Source: Thermoleophilia bacterium (GTDB lineage Bacteria > Actinomycetota > Thermoleophilia > RBG-16-64-13). From it: DNA of 64,000 nucleotides. The first letter of the stretch is position 1; each line of letters starts with the position of its first letter. A model generated the notes under the pieces. That model made no database searches, was not told where the DNA came from, and saw only the letters and a list, made by a program, of their open reading frames with translations. Both the position numbers and the translations under genes were made by a program. The stretch is from positions 16,499-80,498 of the forward strand of contig JBMNPM010000003.1 of assembly GCA_050943595.1 (NCBI GenBank), read 5' to 3'. Shown here piece after piece: positions 19,296 through 29,823 of this stretch.

Positions 19296-20182
19296 CTCCC
19301 CCCATCGACATAGGTAGTGCGTTGCGTGAGGCACGTATCGGGAAGGGCCTCACCATCAAGGATGTCGAGGATGCCACAAAGATCCGCGGCAAGTACCTGG
19401 AAGCCCTTGAAGAGAACGACTTCAATGTGCTGCCTGGCGCCACATGTGTCATAGGCTTTCTCCGCAACTACGCTTCCTTCCTGAAGCTGGATGCCGACAA
19501 CCTGGTGCAGGCCTATAAGACGGCCTTCGAGCCACGCACCGACGAGCCTGCCATCCTGCGCACCGACGTCACCAACGCCCCTCGCTACCGGACCAGCACA
19601 GAACGGCGTAAGCAGCGGCTCCGCCGCCAGCAGGGAAGTTACGTGGTTGCCGCCGTCATCGCCATCATCATTGTGGCTTTACTGGCCTGGTTCAGCACCG
19701 GCAGAGGTGACGACGCAGCTTCACTGGAGGCCAGCAGTATCACTAGTTCGACGATGACAACCTCGGCTCCGCTCGTCGACGGAACGACGACGAGGGGTTC
19801 TGTGAGCACCGAGCCTACAGCCGGTGACGAGACCGATGGTACGGTCACCTCCATGTCGGCAACAGCGAAAACCACCTCGGGCACGGCAGATGACGATACT
19901 ACCGTTCTTACGTCAACCGAGGGAACTGTCAAGGTGGTAGTTAAGGTTAACACGGGTACCTGCTGGCTCGTCATTCGCGAAGACAGCGAAGACGGAGCGG
20001 AGATTTTCGCCGGCACGCTCTCCGCCGGGGGCAAGCAGACTTTCGACAGCTCCAGGCAGTACTGGATCATGGCCGGTAATCCTGATGCCCTTAGCGTGTC
20101 TGTGGCCGGCAAGACACACACTTTGGACGCGCCTTCCGGGTCTTTTCTTGTTACGGGAGCCGGCATAGAACGTATACAGTAG
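19292..20182 (+). CDS. rodZ: RodZ-like protein (HTH, TM, DUF4115)
   Basis: IGSALREAR..TKIR.KYLEALE..GFLRNYA.FL.LD, single TM segment, C-terminal CWL.I..GNP domain. Start probably CTG 19292; first canonical start is TTG 19322. Confidence 0.85.
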   Translation: MTPPIDIGSALREARIGKGLTIKDVEDATKIRGKYLEALEENDFNVLPGATCVIGFLRNYASFLKLDADNLVQAYKTAFEPRTDEPAILRTDVTNAPRYRTSTERRKQRLRRQQGSYVVAAVIAIIIVALLAWFSTGRGDDAASLEASSITSSTMTTSAPLVDGTTTRGSVSTEPTAGDETDGTVTSMSATAKTTSGTADDDTTVLTSTEGTVKVVVKVNTGTCWLVIREDSEDGAEIFAGTLSAGGKQTFDSSRQYWIMAGNPDALSVSVAGKTHTLDAPSGSFLVTGAGIERIQ

Positions 20183-20197
20183 GAACGTATACAGTAG
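20168..20197 (+). repeat. Perfect 15-bp tandem duplication of the rodZ 3' end, forming the whole rodZ-rimO spacer
   Basis: GAACGTATACAGTAG twice, immediately followed by the rimO ATG. Confidence 0.9.
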
Positions 20198-21541
20198 ATG
20201 AGTTGTTCCATCGTCGCGCAGAACGGTATCTACATACACACGTTAGGCTGCCCTAAGAACGACGCCGATAGCCGGACTCTGTCCCGCGCGTTGACCACTG
20301 CGGGTGTGCGGGTGGTAGACGATCCCTCCGAGTGTAGCCATGTGTTGCTCAACACCTGTGGCTTCATCCAGGATGCCAAAGAGGAGTCCATCGCGGCTAT
20401 TCTCAACGCATGTGCTTCGTATAGTGGGCGGGTGTTCGTCATGGGGTGCCTGGTCGAGCGCTATCGGCGCGAGTTGGAGGCCGGCATCCCGGAAGTCGCC
20501 GGATGGTTCGGGTTGGCCGAAAACGACCGTCTCATTGGGGTGTTGAGATGTGTCGTGGGTCCTACGACAACATACACTGATACGACACACACTGATCTTT
20601 GTCCGGCAGCCGGGACCCAGATCGACCGTGGACTTCCCTACGCCTATGTGAAGATATCCGACGGCTGTGATGAGCCCTGCACCTTCTGCGCGATACCTGC
20701 CATCAAGGGTCCCTATCATTCTGTGGACACGGCCTCCATACTGGCCGACGTCGACGCCTGTCTGGATGCGGGGGTCCGTGAGATTATCCTGGTGGGCCAA
20801 GATACAGCCATATGGCAGGATGGAGATCGGGATCTCACCGGGTTGCTCGACCTGGTGCTGGCCGACGAGCGGGTGCGGCGCCTGCGCATCATGTATCTGC
20901 AGCCTGAGCATGTATCAGACACCCTGCTGCACTACATGGCGGATGAGGCCAAGATGTGCCGCTATCTAGACCTGCCCTTCCAACATGCCGATGCCGAGGT
21001 GTTACGTCGCATGGGGCGTAGGGGGGAGGGTGGCGCTTACCGTGCACTGGTGAGCCGCGCGCGTCGCCTCATGCCTGACGTGTCGGTGCGCTCAACCTTC
21101 ATCGTCGGCTTCCCCGGCGAGACGGAGGAACAGTTCGAGGTCTTGATGGAATTCGTGGACGACATCGGCTTCGACCACGCAGGCGGCTTCATCTACAGTC
21201 CTGAAGAGGGGACATGTGGGGCCCTGTTGCGACCCCGTGTGAAGAAGCAGATAGCCTTGGACCGACTCAACCGCCTCAACGCCCTGGTCGTTGCCCGAGC
21301 TCAGGCCGAGCATGGCCGCCTTATCGATTCGTGCGTCGATGTCATGATTGATGTGATCGATCCCAGCGACGATCAGGGTGTGGCCGCTGTGGGTCGGACT
21401 GAGGGGCAGGCCCCGGATGTAGACGGCGTGACCTACATTGAAGGAGATCTCCCCACAGGAGTAGGGCCAGGTGACATAGTGAGGGCGACAATTATCGATG
21501 CCGTGGGACACGACTTGATTGCCCGGTGTGATGCGTCTTAG
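20198..21541 (+). CDS. rimO: Ribosomal protein S12 methylthiotransferase RimO
   Basis: LGCPKN, NTCGFI..AKEES, radical SAM motif CDEPCTFC, APDVDG TRAM domain. Confidence 0.95.
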   Translation: MSCSIVAQNGIYIHTLGCPKNDADSRTLSRALTTAGVRVVDDPSECSHVLLNTCGFIQDAKEESIAAILNACASYSGRVFVMGCLVERYRRELEAGIPEVAGWFGLAENDRLIGVLRCVVGPTTTYTDTTHTDLCPAAGTQIDRGLPYAYVKISDGCDEPCTFCAIPAIKGPYHSVDTASILADVDACLDAGVREIILVGQDTAIWQDGDRDLTGLLDLVLADERVRRLRIMYLQPEHVSDTLLHYMADEAKMCRYLDLPFQHADAEVLRRMGRRGEGGAYRALVSRARRLMPDVSVRSTFIVGFPGETEEQFEVLMEFVDDIGFDHAGGFIYSPEEGTCGALLRPRVKKQIALDRLNRLNALVVARAQAEHGRLIDSCVDVMIDVIDPSDDQGVAAVGRTEGQAPDVDGVTYIEGDLPTGVGPGDIVRATIIDAVGHDLIARCDAS

Positions 21542-22103
21542 CCTACCAAACTCCATCACCCTCTTCCGTGTGCTCATGGTCCCCGTACTGATGGTGTTTC
21601 TTCTGGTCGACATCCCCATGGGCGATATCGTCGCTTTGGCTGTTTTTATAGTCGCAGCTGTGAGCGATTTTCTTGACGGCTATATTGCCCGCCGACGGCG
21701 GCAGACTACCGTGGTGGGCGCGTTCTTGGATCCACTGGCTGATAAATTGTTGATAGCCGCCGCCCTGGTATGCCTGGTCTCTCTCAACGACCTGTCCGCC
21801 TGGGTTGCTATGGTAGTCATAGCCCGCGAGTTCGCAATCTCAGGCTTACGCATGATCTCCGCCGCCCAGAACATAGTGATTGCGGCCAGTAAGTGGGGAA
21901 AAGCCAAAACGGTCTCCCAGATGCTGGCGGTGGCGGCCCTCATCATAGAACCGCGGTGGCTAAAACCTGAATGGACAGTGGGAGGACAGACGATCACGTG
22001 GTATCTGGTCATCCTTATGCTCGTGCTGACCATCGTCAGCGCGGTCGACTACTTTCTTCATGCGCGGATTGCGTTTCGCGATCAGGCGAACCTCGGCGTG
22101 TGA
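21531..22103 (+). CDS. pgsA: CDP-diacylglycerol--glycerol-3-phosphate 3-phosphatidyltransferase
   Basis: PN.IT..R, DFLDGYIAR..G.FLDPLADKLL, GKAKT. Confidence 0.96.
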   Translation: MRLSLPNSITLFRVLMVPVLMVFLLVDIPMGDIVALAVFIVAAVSDFLDGYIARRRRQTTVVGAFLDPLADKLLIAAALVCLVSLNDLSAWVAMVVIAREFAISGLRMISAAQNIVIAASKWGKAKTVSQMLAVAALIIEPRWLKPEWTVGGQTITWYLVILMLVLTIVSAVDYFLHARIAFRDQANLGV

Positions 22104-22720
22104 ACGGACAAACGCCTCGCAGCCGGCATGGTGCCGGTCGCCGGTCGCCGGACGATAGGGGCGGTGGCACACAGAGGCTCTTCGTCGCCGTGCCGCTGCC
22201 TGAAGACTTGCTCCCCCTAGTGAGGGATGCCCAAGCGGCTCTGCCGGCGCTTCCCGGCTTACGTCTCTCGCGAGCAGACCAACTGCATGTGACCCTGGCC
22301 TTCATCGGCCAGGTCGATGAGACCAAGGCGCAGGCTGCCCGGGCGGTGGTGACAGGGTTGTCGCAGAGTCTGGTGGCGGGAGCGGGTATGATCACGGGGT
22401 TCCTCTTTCTGCCCTCGGCTACCAAGGCACGTGTTGTAACTCTAGCCGTGCGAGACGATGAAGGGGCGTTCGCAACTCTTTTTGAGAGTGTCATGAATGG
22501 CTTGGAGGGCGCTGGAGTGATGAAGCGGGAGAAGCGTCCGTTCCGGCCCCACCTCACCATTGCGCGACTGCGTATCCCCGGGCCGGTACGACCAAAGTTG
22601 GACTGTGATGAGGCGCCGTTCTCTATAGAGTCGGTATGCCTCTATAAGAGTGAACTGAAACGCGATGGGGCTATCTATTCGGTACTCGCGGGTAAGAATC
22701 GGAGGGGCACTGATGAGTAA
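22100..22720 (+). CDS. thpR: RNA 2',3'-cyclic phosphodiesterase (2H family)
   Basis: RLFVA and two HxT motifs ([16 protein letters not shown]); GTGA overlap with pgsA. Confidence 0.92.
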   Translation: MNGQTPRSRHGAGRRSPDDRGGGTQRLFVAVPLPEDLLPLVRDAQAALPALPGLRLSRADQLHVTLAFIGQVDETKAQAARAVVTGLSQSLVAGAGMITGFLFLPSATKARVVTLAVRDDEGAFATLFESVMNGLEGAGVMKREKRPFRPHLTIARLRIPGPVRPKLDCDEAPFSIESVCLYKSELKRDGAIYSVLAGKNRRGTDE

Positions 22721-23822
22721 GACTGCAAATGCAGGAGGGGCCGTGGAAAAGGACAAAGCCCTGGAGATGGCCGTCCTGCAGATAGAACGACAGTATGGGA
22801 AGGGTTCCATCATGCGGCTAGGGGACGACTCTGCAACCTTGAGAGTACCGGCCATCTCCACTGGGTCCCTGACCCTCGACTTGGCGCTGGGCGTAGGTGG
22901 CGTCCCTCGCGGCAGGGTGGTAGAGGTCTTCGGACCTGAATCGAGCGGCAAGACAACTCTGGCTTTGCATATGATCGCCGAGGCCCAACGCGCCGGAGGT
23001 AAGGCGGCTTTCATAGACGCGGAACACGCTATGGATTCCACCTACGCTCGCCGCATCGGCGTTAACATCGATGAATTATTGGTATCACAGCCTGATAACG
23101 GCGAACAGGCTTTGGAGATCACCGAGTTGCTCATCCGTAGCGGGGCGCTCGATATGGTAGTGGTCGACTCTGTTGCAGCCCTTACTCCTCGAGCTGAGCT
23201 TGAAGGTGATATGGGGGACTCTCATGTGGGACTACAGGCTCGGCTCATGAGTCAGGCCCTGCGCAAGTTGACAGGGACCATCAGCAAGACCCAGACCACC
23301 GCCGTATTCATCAATCAGTTGCGGGAAAAGGTCGGGGTCATGTTCGGGAATCCCGAGGTCACTCCCGGTGGCCGGGCCCTTAAGTTCTACTCCTCTGTGC
23401 GTCTGGATATCCGCCGCATAGAGACACTGAAGGAAGGGACGGAGGCTGTAGGCAATCGCGTGCGCGTCCGGGTGGTCAAGAACAAAGTCGCACCCCCCTT
23501 CAAAGAAGCCGAGTTCGACATCATGTACGGCACCGGCATCTCCACAGAAGGTGATGTACTCGACCTCGCCGTCAACAACAAGATCGTACAGAAGAGCGGG
23601 GCCTGGTTCTCCTATGGCGATCAGCGACTGGGACAAGGCCGTGAGAATGTGCGTCAGTTCCTACGGGACAATCCGGAACTGGTCCAGCAGTTCCGCAACG
23701 AAGTTATCCAGGCGGTCGCTCCAGAATGGAGCTCACCTCCCGAATCCGTGGACCCGGGAGCCCCATTGCCGGAGACCGAGGCCTCCGAAGTTGTCTCCCC
23801 CGACTCTTCCGGCGAGGTATAA
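22713..23822 (+). CDS. recA: Recombinase RecA
   Basis: [34 protein letters not shown]; SD GGAGG. Confidence 0.99.
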   Translation: MSKTANAGGAVEKDKALEMAVLQIERQYGKGSIMRLGDDSATLRVPAISTGSLTLDLALGVGGVPRGRVVEVFGPESSGKTTLALHMIAEAQRAGGKAAFIDAEHAMDSTYARRIGVNIDELLVSQPDNGEQALEITELLIRSGALDMVVVDSVAALTPRAELEGDMGDSHVGLQARLMSQALRKLTGTISKTQTTAVFINQLREKVGVMFGNPEVTPGGRALKFYSSVRLDIRRIETLKEGTEAVGNRVRVRVVKNKVAPPFKEAEFDIMYGTGISTEGDVLDLAVNNKIVQKSGAWFSYGDQRLGQGRENVRQFLRDNPELVQQFRNEVIQAVAPEWSSPPESVDPGAPLPETEASEVVSPDSSGEV

Positions 23823-23826
23823 ACAC

Positions 23827-24570
23827 GTGGCACCTTTCGACCCCACCTTTCTCATGACGAGACGTGCAATGCCTCCTACACGCGAACCGCGCGCAGGCAC
23901 AGTGACGCGGCTGTGCGTCCAGGCAGGTCAACCTGGACGCACAGCGCTCTATATCGACGGCCGTCCGGCCGTTGATATCGCCACACCCTTGGTCGATGAG
24001 GCCGGATTGCACACAGGGGACACGCTGACGGCGGAGGATGTCGCCGGGTTACTTGAGCAGGATGAGCTCTATCGAGCCCGGTCTCATGCTTTGCGCCTCC
24101 TCGCCACTCGCGACCGGTCCACCGGAGAGGTGGAGTCCGGTCTCCAACGTGCAGGATTCACACCCGAGATCGTAACGGCCACAGTCACCTGGCTGCAGGA
24201 AAGACGGTACGTAGATGACGAGCGCTTTGCCCAGCGGTACATCGAACAAAAGTCTGAGGCCGGGTGGGGGGAGAATCGAGTGCGGTCCGAGCTCACCCGG
24301 AGGGGCATTGATCGCATCGTCATCGAAGCCTCACTGTTGGCGTTCCGATCCAACGACGATGTTGTTTCTACACGGGATGAGGCTCTGCTGACACTCCTTG
24401 ACAGACGTTTCAGCAGGCCGTGGGCCCAGGATCCCACTGCGGCCAGACGGCGTCTGGCCGGTTTCTTGGCTCGGCGTGGGTTTGACTGGGAGGCCGCGTC
24501 CCAGATCATACGGCTCTTCGAGATGCGTCAGGAACACCCAGATACATCGGTCGACCGCCCGATTCCTTGA
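23827..24570 (+). CDS. recX: Regulatory protein RecX
   Basis: ALRLL..RDRS..E, YVDD.RFA, EL.RRGI, LARRGF; follows recA. Start uncertain (23827, 23854 or 23869). Confidence 0.9.
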   Translation: MAPFDPTFLMTRRAMPPTREPRAGTVTRLCVQAGQPGRTALYIDGRPAVDIATPLVDEAGLHTGDTLTAEDVAGLLEQDELYRARSHALRLLATRDRSTGEVESGLQRAGFTPEIVTATVTWLQERRYVDDERFAQRYIEQKSEAGWGENRVRSELTRRGIDRIVIEASLLAFRSNDDVVSTRDEALLTLLDRRFSRPWAQDPTAARRRLAGFLARRGFDWEAASQIIRLFEMRQEHPDTSVDRPIP

Positions 24571-24596
24571 CACTCCAGACACCACGATTGTAAACT
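24567..24596 (+). promoter_or_regulatory. Sigma-70-type promoter upstream of the rny leader
   Basis: TTGACA (24567-72), 18-nt spacer, TAAACT (24591-96). Confidence 0.65.
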
Positions 24597-24602
24597 CTGC
24601 AG

Positions 24603-24896
24603 CGTGTGATGATCGGTCGATGGCGTTCAAGTACGCTTTGCTTATTTGCTACTAAATGGCGTTATCGGCGTTTTCTAAAGAAGGACGGCCGATAGCGTAA
24701 TTACCGGTATGTATCTGGTATCGTACGTATTTGGTATCCGGTCTACGGGCACAGACGTGCGTGCATGTGAGCACACGGGCCCTTAGGGCAAGGAAAAACT
24801 AATAAGTCATCGGCCGAGCTAACGCTCGGCCGTTTCACATCCGCCGCCGCTCATCACGACCAACGTTGCGATGACGAGTGAGTGGAGTGTTGATAC
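24603..24896 (+). ncRNA. Long structured 5' leader or candidate ncRNA upstream of rny
   Basis: Several helices, 5'-to-3' long-range pairing, and a terminator-like hairpin CGGCCGAGC-TAAC-GCTCGGCCG-TTTC at 24811-24836. Confidence 0.5.
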
Positions 24897-26435
24897 ATGA
24901 GTGGCTTAGCAATCGTGGTGGCACTGGTGGTGGCCGTCATCTGTGCCGTCGGCGGGTACTTAGCCCGCAAACATGTAGGTGAGGCAAAAATCACCTCGGC
25001 CGAGGAGGCAGCGGCCAAAATCATCCAGGATGCCGAGAAAGACGCCGAGGCCGTCAAACGTGAAGCTCGGGTTGAGGTAAAGGATGAACTCCATCAGTTG
25101 CGTACCAAAGCCGATGTTGAGATCAAGGAACGGCGTCAGGAGATCGCCCAGCTTGAGAATCGCCTCCTGACGCGAGAGGAAGCCCTGGATGGTCTGCAGA
25201 AGGACGTGACGCGTCGCGAGCAATCGGTCACCGACCGGGAAGCGCACTACAAGAAGGTTATCGAAGAGGTTGAGACGGTCAAGGCGGAACAGGAGCGCCA
25301 ATTGGAGGAGATCTCTGGCCTCACAAAAGAACAGGCCGGAGAGATTGTCCTCAAACGTGCCGAGGACGATGTGCGACATGACATGGCCAAGATGGTCAAG
25401 GCCATCGAAGAGGAGGCCCGGCACGAAGGAGATCGCAAGGCCAAGGATATCCTCTCCATCTGCATCCAACGGACGGCTGCCAACCACGTAGCAGACACTA
25501 CCGTCTCCGTTGTACCCCTGCCTTCCGATGATATGAAGGGCCATATCATCGGCCGCGAAGGTCGCAACATTCGCACACTTGAGAACCTGACCGGTATCGA
25601 TTTCATCATCGACGACACCCCTGAAGCGGTGGTGCTCTCAGGCTTCGACACGGTGCGGCGTGAGATCGCCCGTCTTACCCTGGAAAAGCTGGTGGCCGAC
25701 GGACGCATCCACCCGGCCAAGATCGAAGAGATGTACACTAAAGCTCGAGAAGAGGTTGAGAAAACTATCGAGGAAGCCGGCGAACAGGCGGTGCTGGATG
25801 CCGACGTTCACGGAGTGGCTCCGGAACTGCTCCGTCTCCTAGGACGCTTGAAGTACCGGACGAGTTACGGGCAGAACGTCCTCGTGCACTCGCTGGAGGT
25901 GGCCCACCTGGCCGGTCTCATGGCCGGCGAACTAGGTGTGAATGCGAAGGTGGCCAAGCGTGCAGGCCTACTCCACGACTTGGGTAAAGCCGTGGATCAC
26001 GAGGTTGAGGGGTCTCATGCTTCCATCGGCGGTAATCTGGTGCGGCGGTACGGAGAGGCCGAATCGGTGGCTCACATTGTGGAGGCCCACCACAACGAGG
26101 TGGAGCCATCCACCGTCGAAGCGGTCCTCGTCGCTGCAGCCGACGCCGTCTCGGGTGCACGGCCGGGTGCGCGCCGCGAGACCCTTGAAAGCTACATCAA
26201 GCGCCTGGAGAATCTGGAACGTCTGGCCGAAGCTAAGCCGGGGGTAGAGAAGTCGTACGCCATCCAGGCCGGACGAGAGATCCGCGTGCTGGTTAAGCCG
26301 GATGAGGTGGACGATCTGGCGGCCGGCCTACTATGTCGAGAGATAGTCAAGGAGATCGAGCAGGAACTGGAGTATCCGGGCACCATCCGCGTGACCGTCA
26401 TCCGCGAAAGTCGCGTCGTGGAGTACGCCAAGTAG
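24897..26435 (+). CDS. rny: Ribonuclease Y
   Basis: N-terminal TM anchor, coiled coil, KH ([10 protein letters not shown]), HD (LLHDLGK), [10 protein letters not shown]. Confidence 0.98.
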   Translation: MSGLAIVVALVVAVICAVGGYLARKHVGEAKITSAEEAAAKIIQDAEKDAEAVKREARVEVKDELHQLRTKADVEIKERRQEIAQLENRLLTREEALDGLQKDVTRREQSVTDREAHYKKVIEEVETVKAEQERQLEEISGLTKEQAGEIVLKRAEDDVRHDMAKMVKAIEEEARHEGDRKAKDILSICIQRTAANHVADTTVSVVPLPSDDMKGHIIGREGRNIRTLENLTGIDFIIDDTPEAVVLSGFDTVRREIARLTLEKLVADGRIHPAKIEEMYTKAREEVEKTIEEAGEQAVLDADVHGVAPELLRLLGRLKYRTSYGQNVLVHSLEVAHLAGLMAGELGVNAKVAKRAGLLHDLGKAVDHEVEGSHASIGGNLVRRYGEAESVAHIVEAHHNEVEPSTVEAVLVAAADAVSGARPGARRETLESYIKRLENLERLAEAKPGVEKSYAIQAGREIRVLVKPDEVDDLAAGLLCREIVKEIEQELEYPGTIRVTVIRESRVVEYAK

Positions 26436-26449
26436 GAGTTGTCTTTGCG

Positions 26450-27793
26450 ATGATCGGGTCGGCCGGCATCTCCATGCCGGACACGTACTTCCTACGGTCG
26501 TTTGGCTGCCAAATGAACGACCATGATGCGGAACGGATCGCGGGGCTGCTGGAGAACCTGGGCTTAAGACGGGTGGGGTCTGCTCAGGACGCTCACCTCT
26601 TGGTGTACAACACTTGTTCTATCCGCGAGAAGGCCGACAGCCGTCTGGCCGGTCATCTGAGCCTGGCTATGCGGTTAAAGCGGGAAGGCTCTGCCCGATT
26701 GATCGTCGTAACCGGTTGCCTGCCGCAAAGTAGACAGGATGACCTGTTCGCTGATTTCCCCTTTGTCGATATCTTGGCCGGCCCCCAGAGTCTACATGAG
26801 CTGCCGCGGCTCATCGAGGACCGGCTGACCTCGAACCGGCAGACGTCGGCCTTCCAGGATCACACCAGCACCTGGAGTGCCGATCTCCCGCGCAGCCGGG
26901 TCCCCGGACCGGCCGCCTGGATACAGATAGTAGCCGGATGCAGTAACTTCTGTTCGTACTGTATCGTCCCCTACGTGCGTGGTCCAGAGGCCTCCCGCCC
27001 GGCAGACGCGATCGTGGAAGAGGTGGCCGCGCTCGTGAAGGAGGGCGTCCGCCAGGTTACTCTTTTGGGGCAGAACGTGAACGCCTATGGCAAAGAGCTG
27101 GGCATCGCCGGCCATGAGGACTTTCCCCACCTCCTCCGCCGGACATGCTCGATCGCGGGATTGGAGCGGGTGCGCTTCATGACCTCACATCCCAAGGATA
27201 TGTCCGGTGCTCTCATTGATGTCATGGCTGAGGAGAACCAAGTCTGCGAGCACTTGCATCTGCCGGTGCAGTCGGGGAGCGACCGCATCCTAGCCGCTAT
27301 GCACCGAGGATACGACCGTGCCCACTATCTCAACTTGGTGGAGCAGTTGCGGGCGGCAGTCCCGGACCTTGCACTTACGACCGACTTCATAGTCGGGTTC
27401 CCGGGTGAGACCGAACGTGACTTCGCCGACACTCTGGCCCTGGTGGAGGAGTGTGGCTTCGACGGCGCCTTCACATTCATCTATTCGCCACGCCGGCAGA
27501 CCGAGGCCGCTCGTATGTCGAACTGGGTCGACCCGGCGGTGGCCGAAGAGCGGCTACAGCGATTGCTAGACTCTGTCCAACGCACAGCCTACGCACGGAA
27601 CCAGGCTCTCGTGGGCCGGGTGCTGGAGGTGATGGTGGAAAGACCCAGTCGTCAGAACCCCGGAGAGGTCATGGGGAGGATCCGCGCCCACAAGCCGGTC
27701 AACTTCCCCTCACGGGCACGGCCGGGTGATCTGGTGCGGGTGGAGTTGCTGGAGGCGACTTCCACGAGTTTCCGAGGACGCCAGGTCTCGTGA
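26450..27793 (+). CDS. miaB: tRNA-2-methylthio-N6-dimethylallyladenosine synthase MiaB
   Basis: FGCQMN.HD, NTCSIREKA, GCSNFCSYCIVP, FMTSHP, LHLPVQSGS. Alternative start 26474. Confidence 0.96.
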   Translation: MIGSAGISMPDTYFLRSFGCQMNDHDAERIAGLLENLGLRRVGSAQDAHLLVYNTCSIREKADSRLAGHLSLAMRLKREGSARLIVVTGCLPQSRQDDLFADFPFVDILAGPQSLHELPRLIEDRLTSNRQTSAFQDHTSTWSADLPRSRVPGPAAWIQIVAGCSNFCSYCIVPYVRGPEASRPADAIVEEVAALVKEGVRQVTLLGQNVNAYGKELGIAGHEDFPHLLRRTCSIAGLERVRFMTSHPKDMSGALIDVMAEENQVCEHLHLPVQSGSDRILAAMHRGYDRAHYLNLVEQLRAAVPDLALTTDFIVGFPGETERDFADTLALVEECGFDGAFTFIYSPRRQTEAARMSNWVDPAVAEERLQRLLDSVQRTAYARNQALVGRVLEVMVERPSRQNPGEVMGRIRAHKPVNFPSRARPGDLVRVELLEATSTSFRGRQVS

Positions 27794-28860
27794 CAATCAC
27801 CGATCCCGCGGATGCAGGGTTACCGTTCGTCACTCCCCGCAAAGTGCCGTCCGAGGCACTGGGCGTCGTCATCGGTCTGTCGGGGCCGACCGGCGTGGGG
27901 AAGAGCGCGGTGGCTGTGGAGCTGGCTACGATGCTGGGGACGAGGGTCATCTCTTGCGACTCCATGCAGCTTTACGCCGGTTTCCCCATCCTCACCAATC
28001 AGCCGTCGCCGGCCGAGAGACGGGCCGTCCAGCACGAGATGGTTGGGGTACTTGATCCCCGGCAGACCTTTTCCGCCGCTGAATATGCCGGCGCCGTCAA
28101 GCCGCTTATCGAGGATGACTTAACCGCCACGGGGTGGGCTCTGGTGGTGGGTGGGACCGGCCTGTATCTGCGCGCTGCCGTGGCTCCGCTGGCCATGGCC
28201 CCCGTCGTGGATCCCGAGATCCGTCGTCGCCTGGAGGTGCAGGCGGCGGAACGAGGTGCGGCCTCCCTCCACGCCGACCTCGCACGTGTCGACCCCGAAG
28301 CCGCGCAGGCTATTGAGCCGAGCAACGTGCGCCGGCTCATCAGAGCACTTGAGGTTATAGAGACGACAGGAGCTGCTTGGTCGGGACGTGATGATCTCTG
28401 GGAGCCGTCCTATTACCATCCCACGCTACTCGTGACGCTTACTCTCGATCGCGCCGAACTCTGTCGCCGCATCGATGCTCGGACTGAGTCCATCGTGGCG
28501 GGAGGAGCGGAGGAGATACGGCGCTTTCTCCACCTACAGTGGCCTAAGACCGACGGCGGTCATGCAGTTCATGCGGCCGGGGCTACGTCCGACGGCGAGA
28601 GGTCACGGGCCGGCATTGAGAGTGCCATCGGGTATCGCGAGATCCGACGGTTGGTGGAGGGTGAACAGAGTTGGGAGGAGACCATCGCCCAAGTGGCGGC
28701 CGCCACCCGCCGCTATGCCCGCAGGCAGTCCACGTGGCTGCGGAAGGTTCATGCCGCTGTTATCATTGACGTCCGTGATCGCTCTCCACGCGAGATCGCC
28801 GACCACATAGTGGCGCTTGCGCTATCTGGTGAACACACAAAGGAGCTTCAACGATCGTGA
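27790..28860 (+). CDS. miaA: tRNA dimethylallyltransferase MiaA
   Basis: GPTGVGKS, DSMQLY, VGGTGLYL, IGYRE, TRRYARRQ.TW. Confidence 0.96.
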   Translation: MTITDPADAGLPFVTPRKVPSEALGVVIGLSGPTGVGKSAVAVELATMLGTRVISCDSMQLYAGFPILTNQPSPAERRAVQHEMVGVLDPRQTFSAAEYAGAVKPLIEDDLTATGWALVVGGTGLYLRAAVAPLAMAPVVDPEIRRRLEVQAAERGAASLHADLARVDPEAAQAIEPSNVRRLIRALEVIETTGAAWSGRDDLWEPSYYHPTLLVTLTLDRAELCRRIDARTESIVAGGAEEIRRFLHLQWPKTDGGHAVHAAGATSDGERSRAGIESAIGYREIRRLVEGEQSWEETIAQVAAATRRYARRQSTWLRKVHAAVIIDVRDRSPREIADHIVALALSGEHTKELQRS

Positions 28861-29780
28861 AACTGGCCAAGTGGCAGGGACTGGGCAACGATTACCTCAT
28901 TATCGAAGCGGCGGCTCTCCCGGGTCCTCTGACCGACGAGGCCATCCACTTGTTGTGCGATCGTCATCTGGGTGTGGGTTCCGATGGGATCCTGCTCCAC
29001 GATCGTCCCAGTGGCGCCGTACCTGGTGCGGTGGCCCGCATGCGCATCTTCAATCCCGACGGCAGCGAGCCGGAGATGTGCGGCAACGGCATCCGTATGT
29101 TCGCCCGCCATCTGGCCCGCTCTGGAGCGGTACATGGCCCCGACTTCTTGGTGGAGACACTGGCCGGACCGATCAAGCCCCGGCTGTTGGATGACGGCCG
29201 CGTACGTGTTGACATGGGTCTGGCGCGCTTCAACAGTGAGAACATCGATATACGCGGTCTGAGGGCGGGTACGAAGGGGCAGGTCATCGACGGCACACCG
29301 CAGATTGCCACACTGGAGGCTGGAGGATCCCCCTACCGGTTTACCTTCGTCGACGTGGGTAATCCCCACTGCATCATCCAGGTCGACGATCCGGACATCT
29401 TTGATGTGGCCGGGATAGGCCCCCTTATCGAGCATCACCCGACCTTCCCCAATCGTGTCAATGTTGAGTTCGTCCGTATGGAGGCCGACGGTTCCGTACG
29501 TATGCGCGTGTGGGAGCGTGGAGTGGGGGAGACGCAGGCCTGTGGCACCGGGGCGACCGCTGTCGGAGCTGCGCTGGTGGGCCTAGGACAGGCCACGAGT
29601 CCGCTAGTGGTACATCTGCTGGGCGGCGACCTTACCATTGAGGTGGAGGCTCCCGACGACGACGTGGCCCGCTCTGGGCTGAGAGTCTTTATGACCGGAC
29701 CAGCAGAAGAGACCTTCTCCTGTAACCTCTCCTCAGACCTGCTCAACCGGCTGGGATGGTTCACAGCTACCGACAACTGA
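28857..29780 (+). CDS. dapF: Diaminopimelate epimerase
   Basis: GLGNDY, EMCGNG, GNPH, NVEFV, ERGVGETQACGTGA. Confidence 0.97.
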   Translation: MKLAKWQGLGNDYLIIEAAALPGPLTDEAIHLLCDRHLGVGSDGILLHDRPSGAVPGAVARMRIFNPDGSEPEMCGNGIRMFARHLARSGAVHGPDFLVETLAGPIKPRLLDDGRVRVDMGLARFNSENIDIRGLRAGTKGQVIDGTPQIATLEAGGSPYRFTFVDVGNPHCIIQVDDPDIFDVAGIGPLIEHHPTFPNRVNVEFVRMEADGSVRMRVWERGVGETQACGTGATAVGAALVGLGQATSPLVVHLLGGDLTIEVEAPDDDVARSGLRVFMTGPAEETFSCNLSSDLLNRLGWFTATDN

Positions 29781-29823
29781 CCGACAACTGAACGACAAGG
29801 GACCGACTAGGGACCCACAAGGA
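29769..29823 (+). repeat. Five-unit degenerate 11-bp tandem array in the dapF-dapL spacer
   Basis: ACCGACAACTG, ACCGACAACTG, AACGACAAGGG, ACCGACTAGGG, ACCCACAAGGA. Confidence 0.8.

Noticed and set aside
22600-22712. LexA (SOS) box before recA
   Set aside because: No CGAAC-N4-GTTCG-like palindrome is visible.
29769-29823. Mini CRISPR array
   Set aside because: The 11-bp units are contiguous with no spacers, and there are no cas genes.
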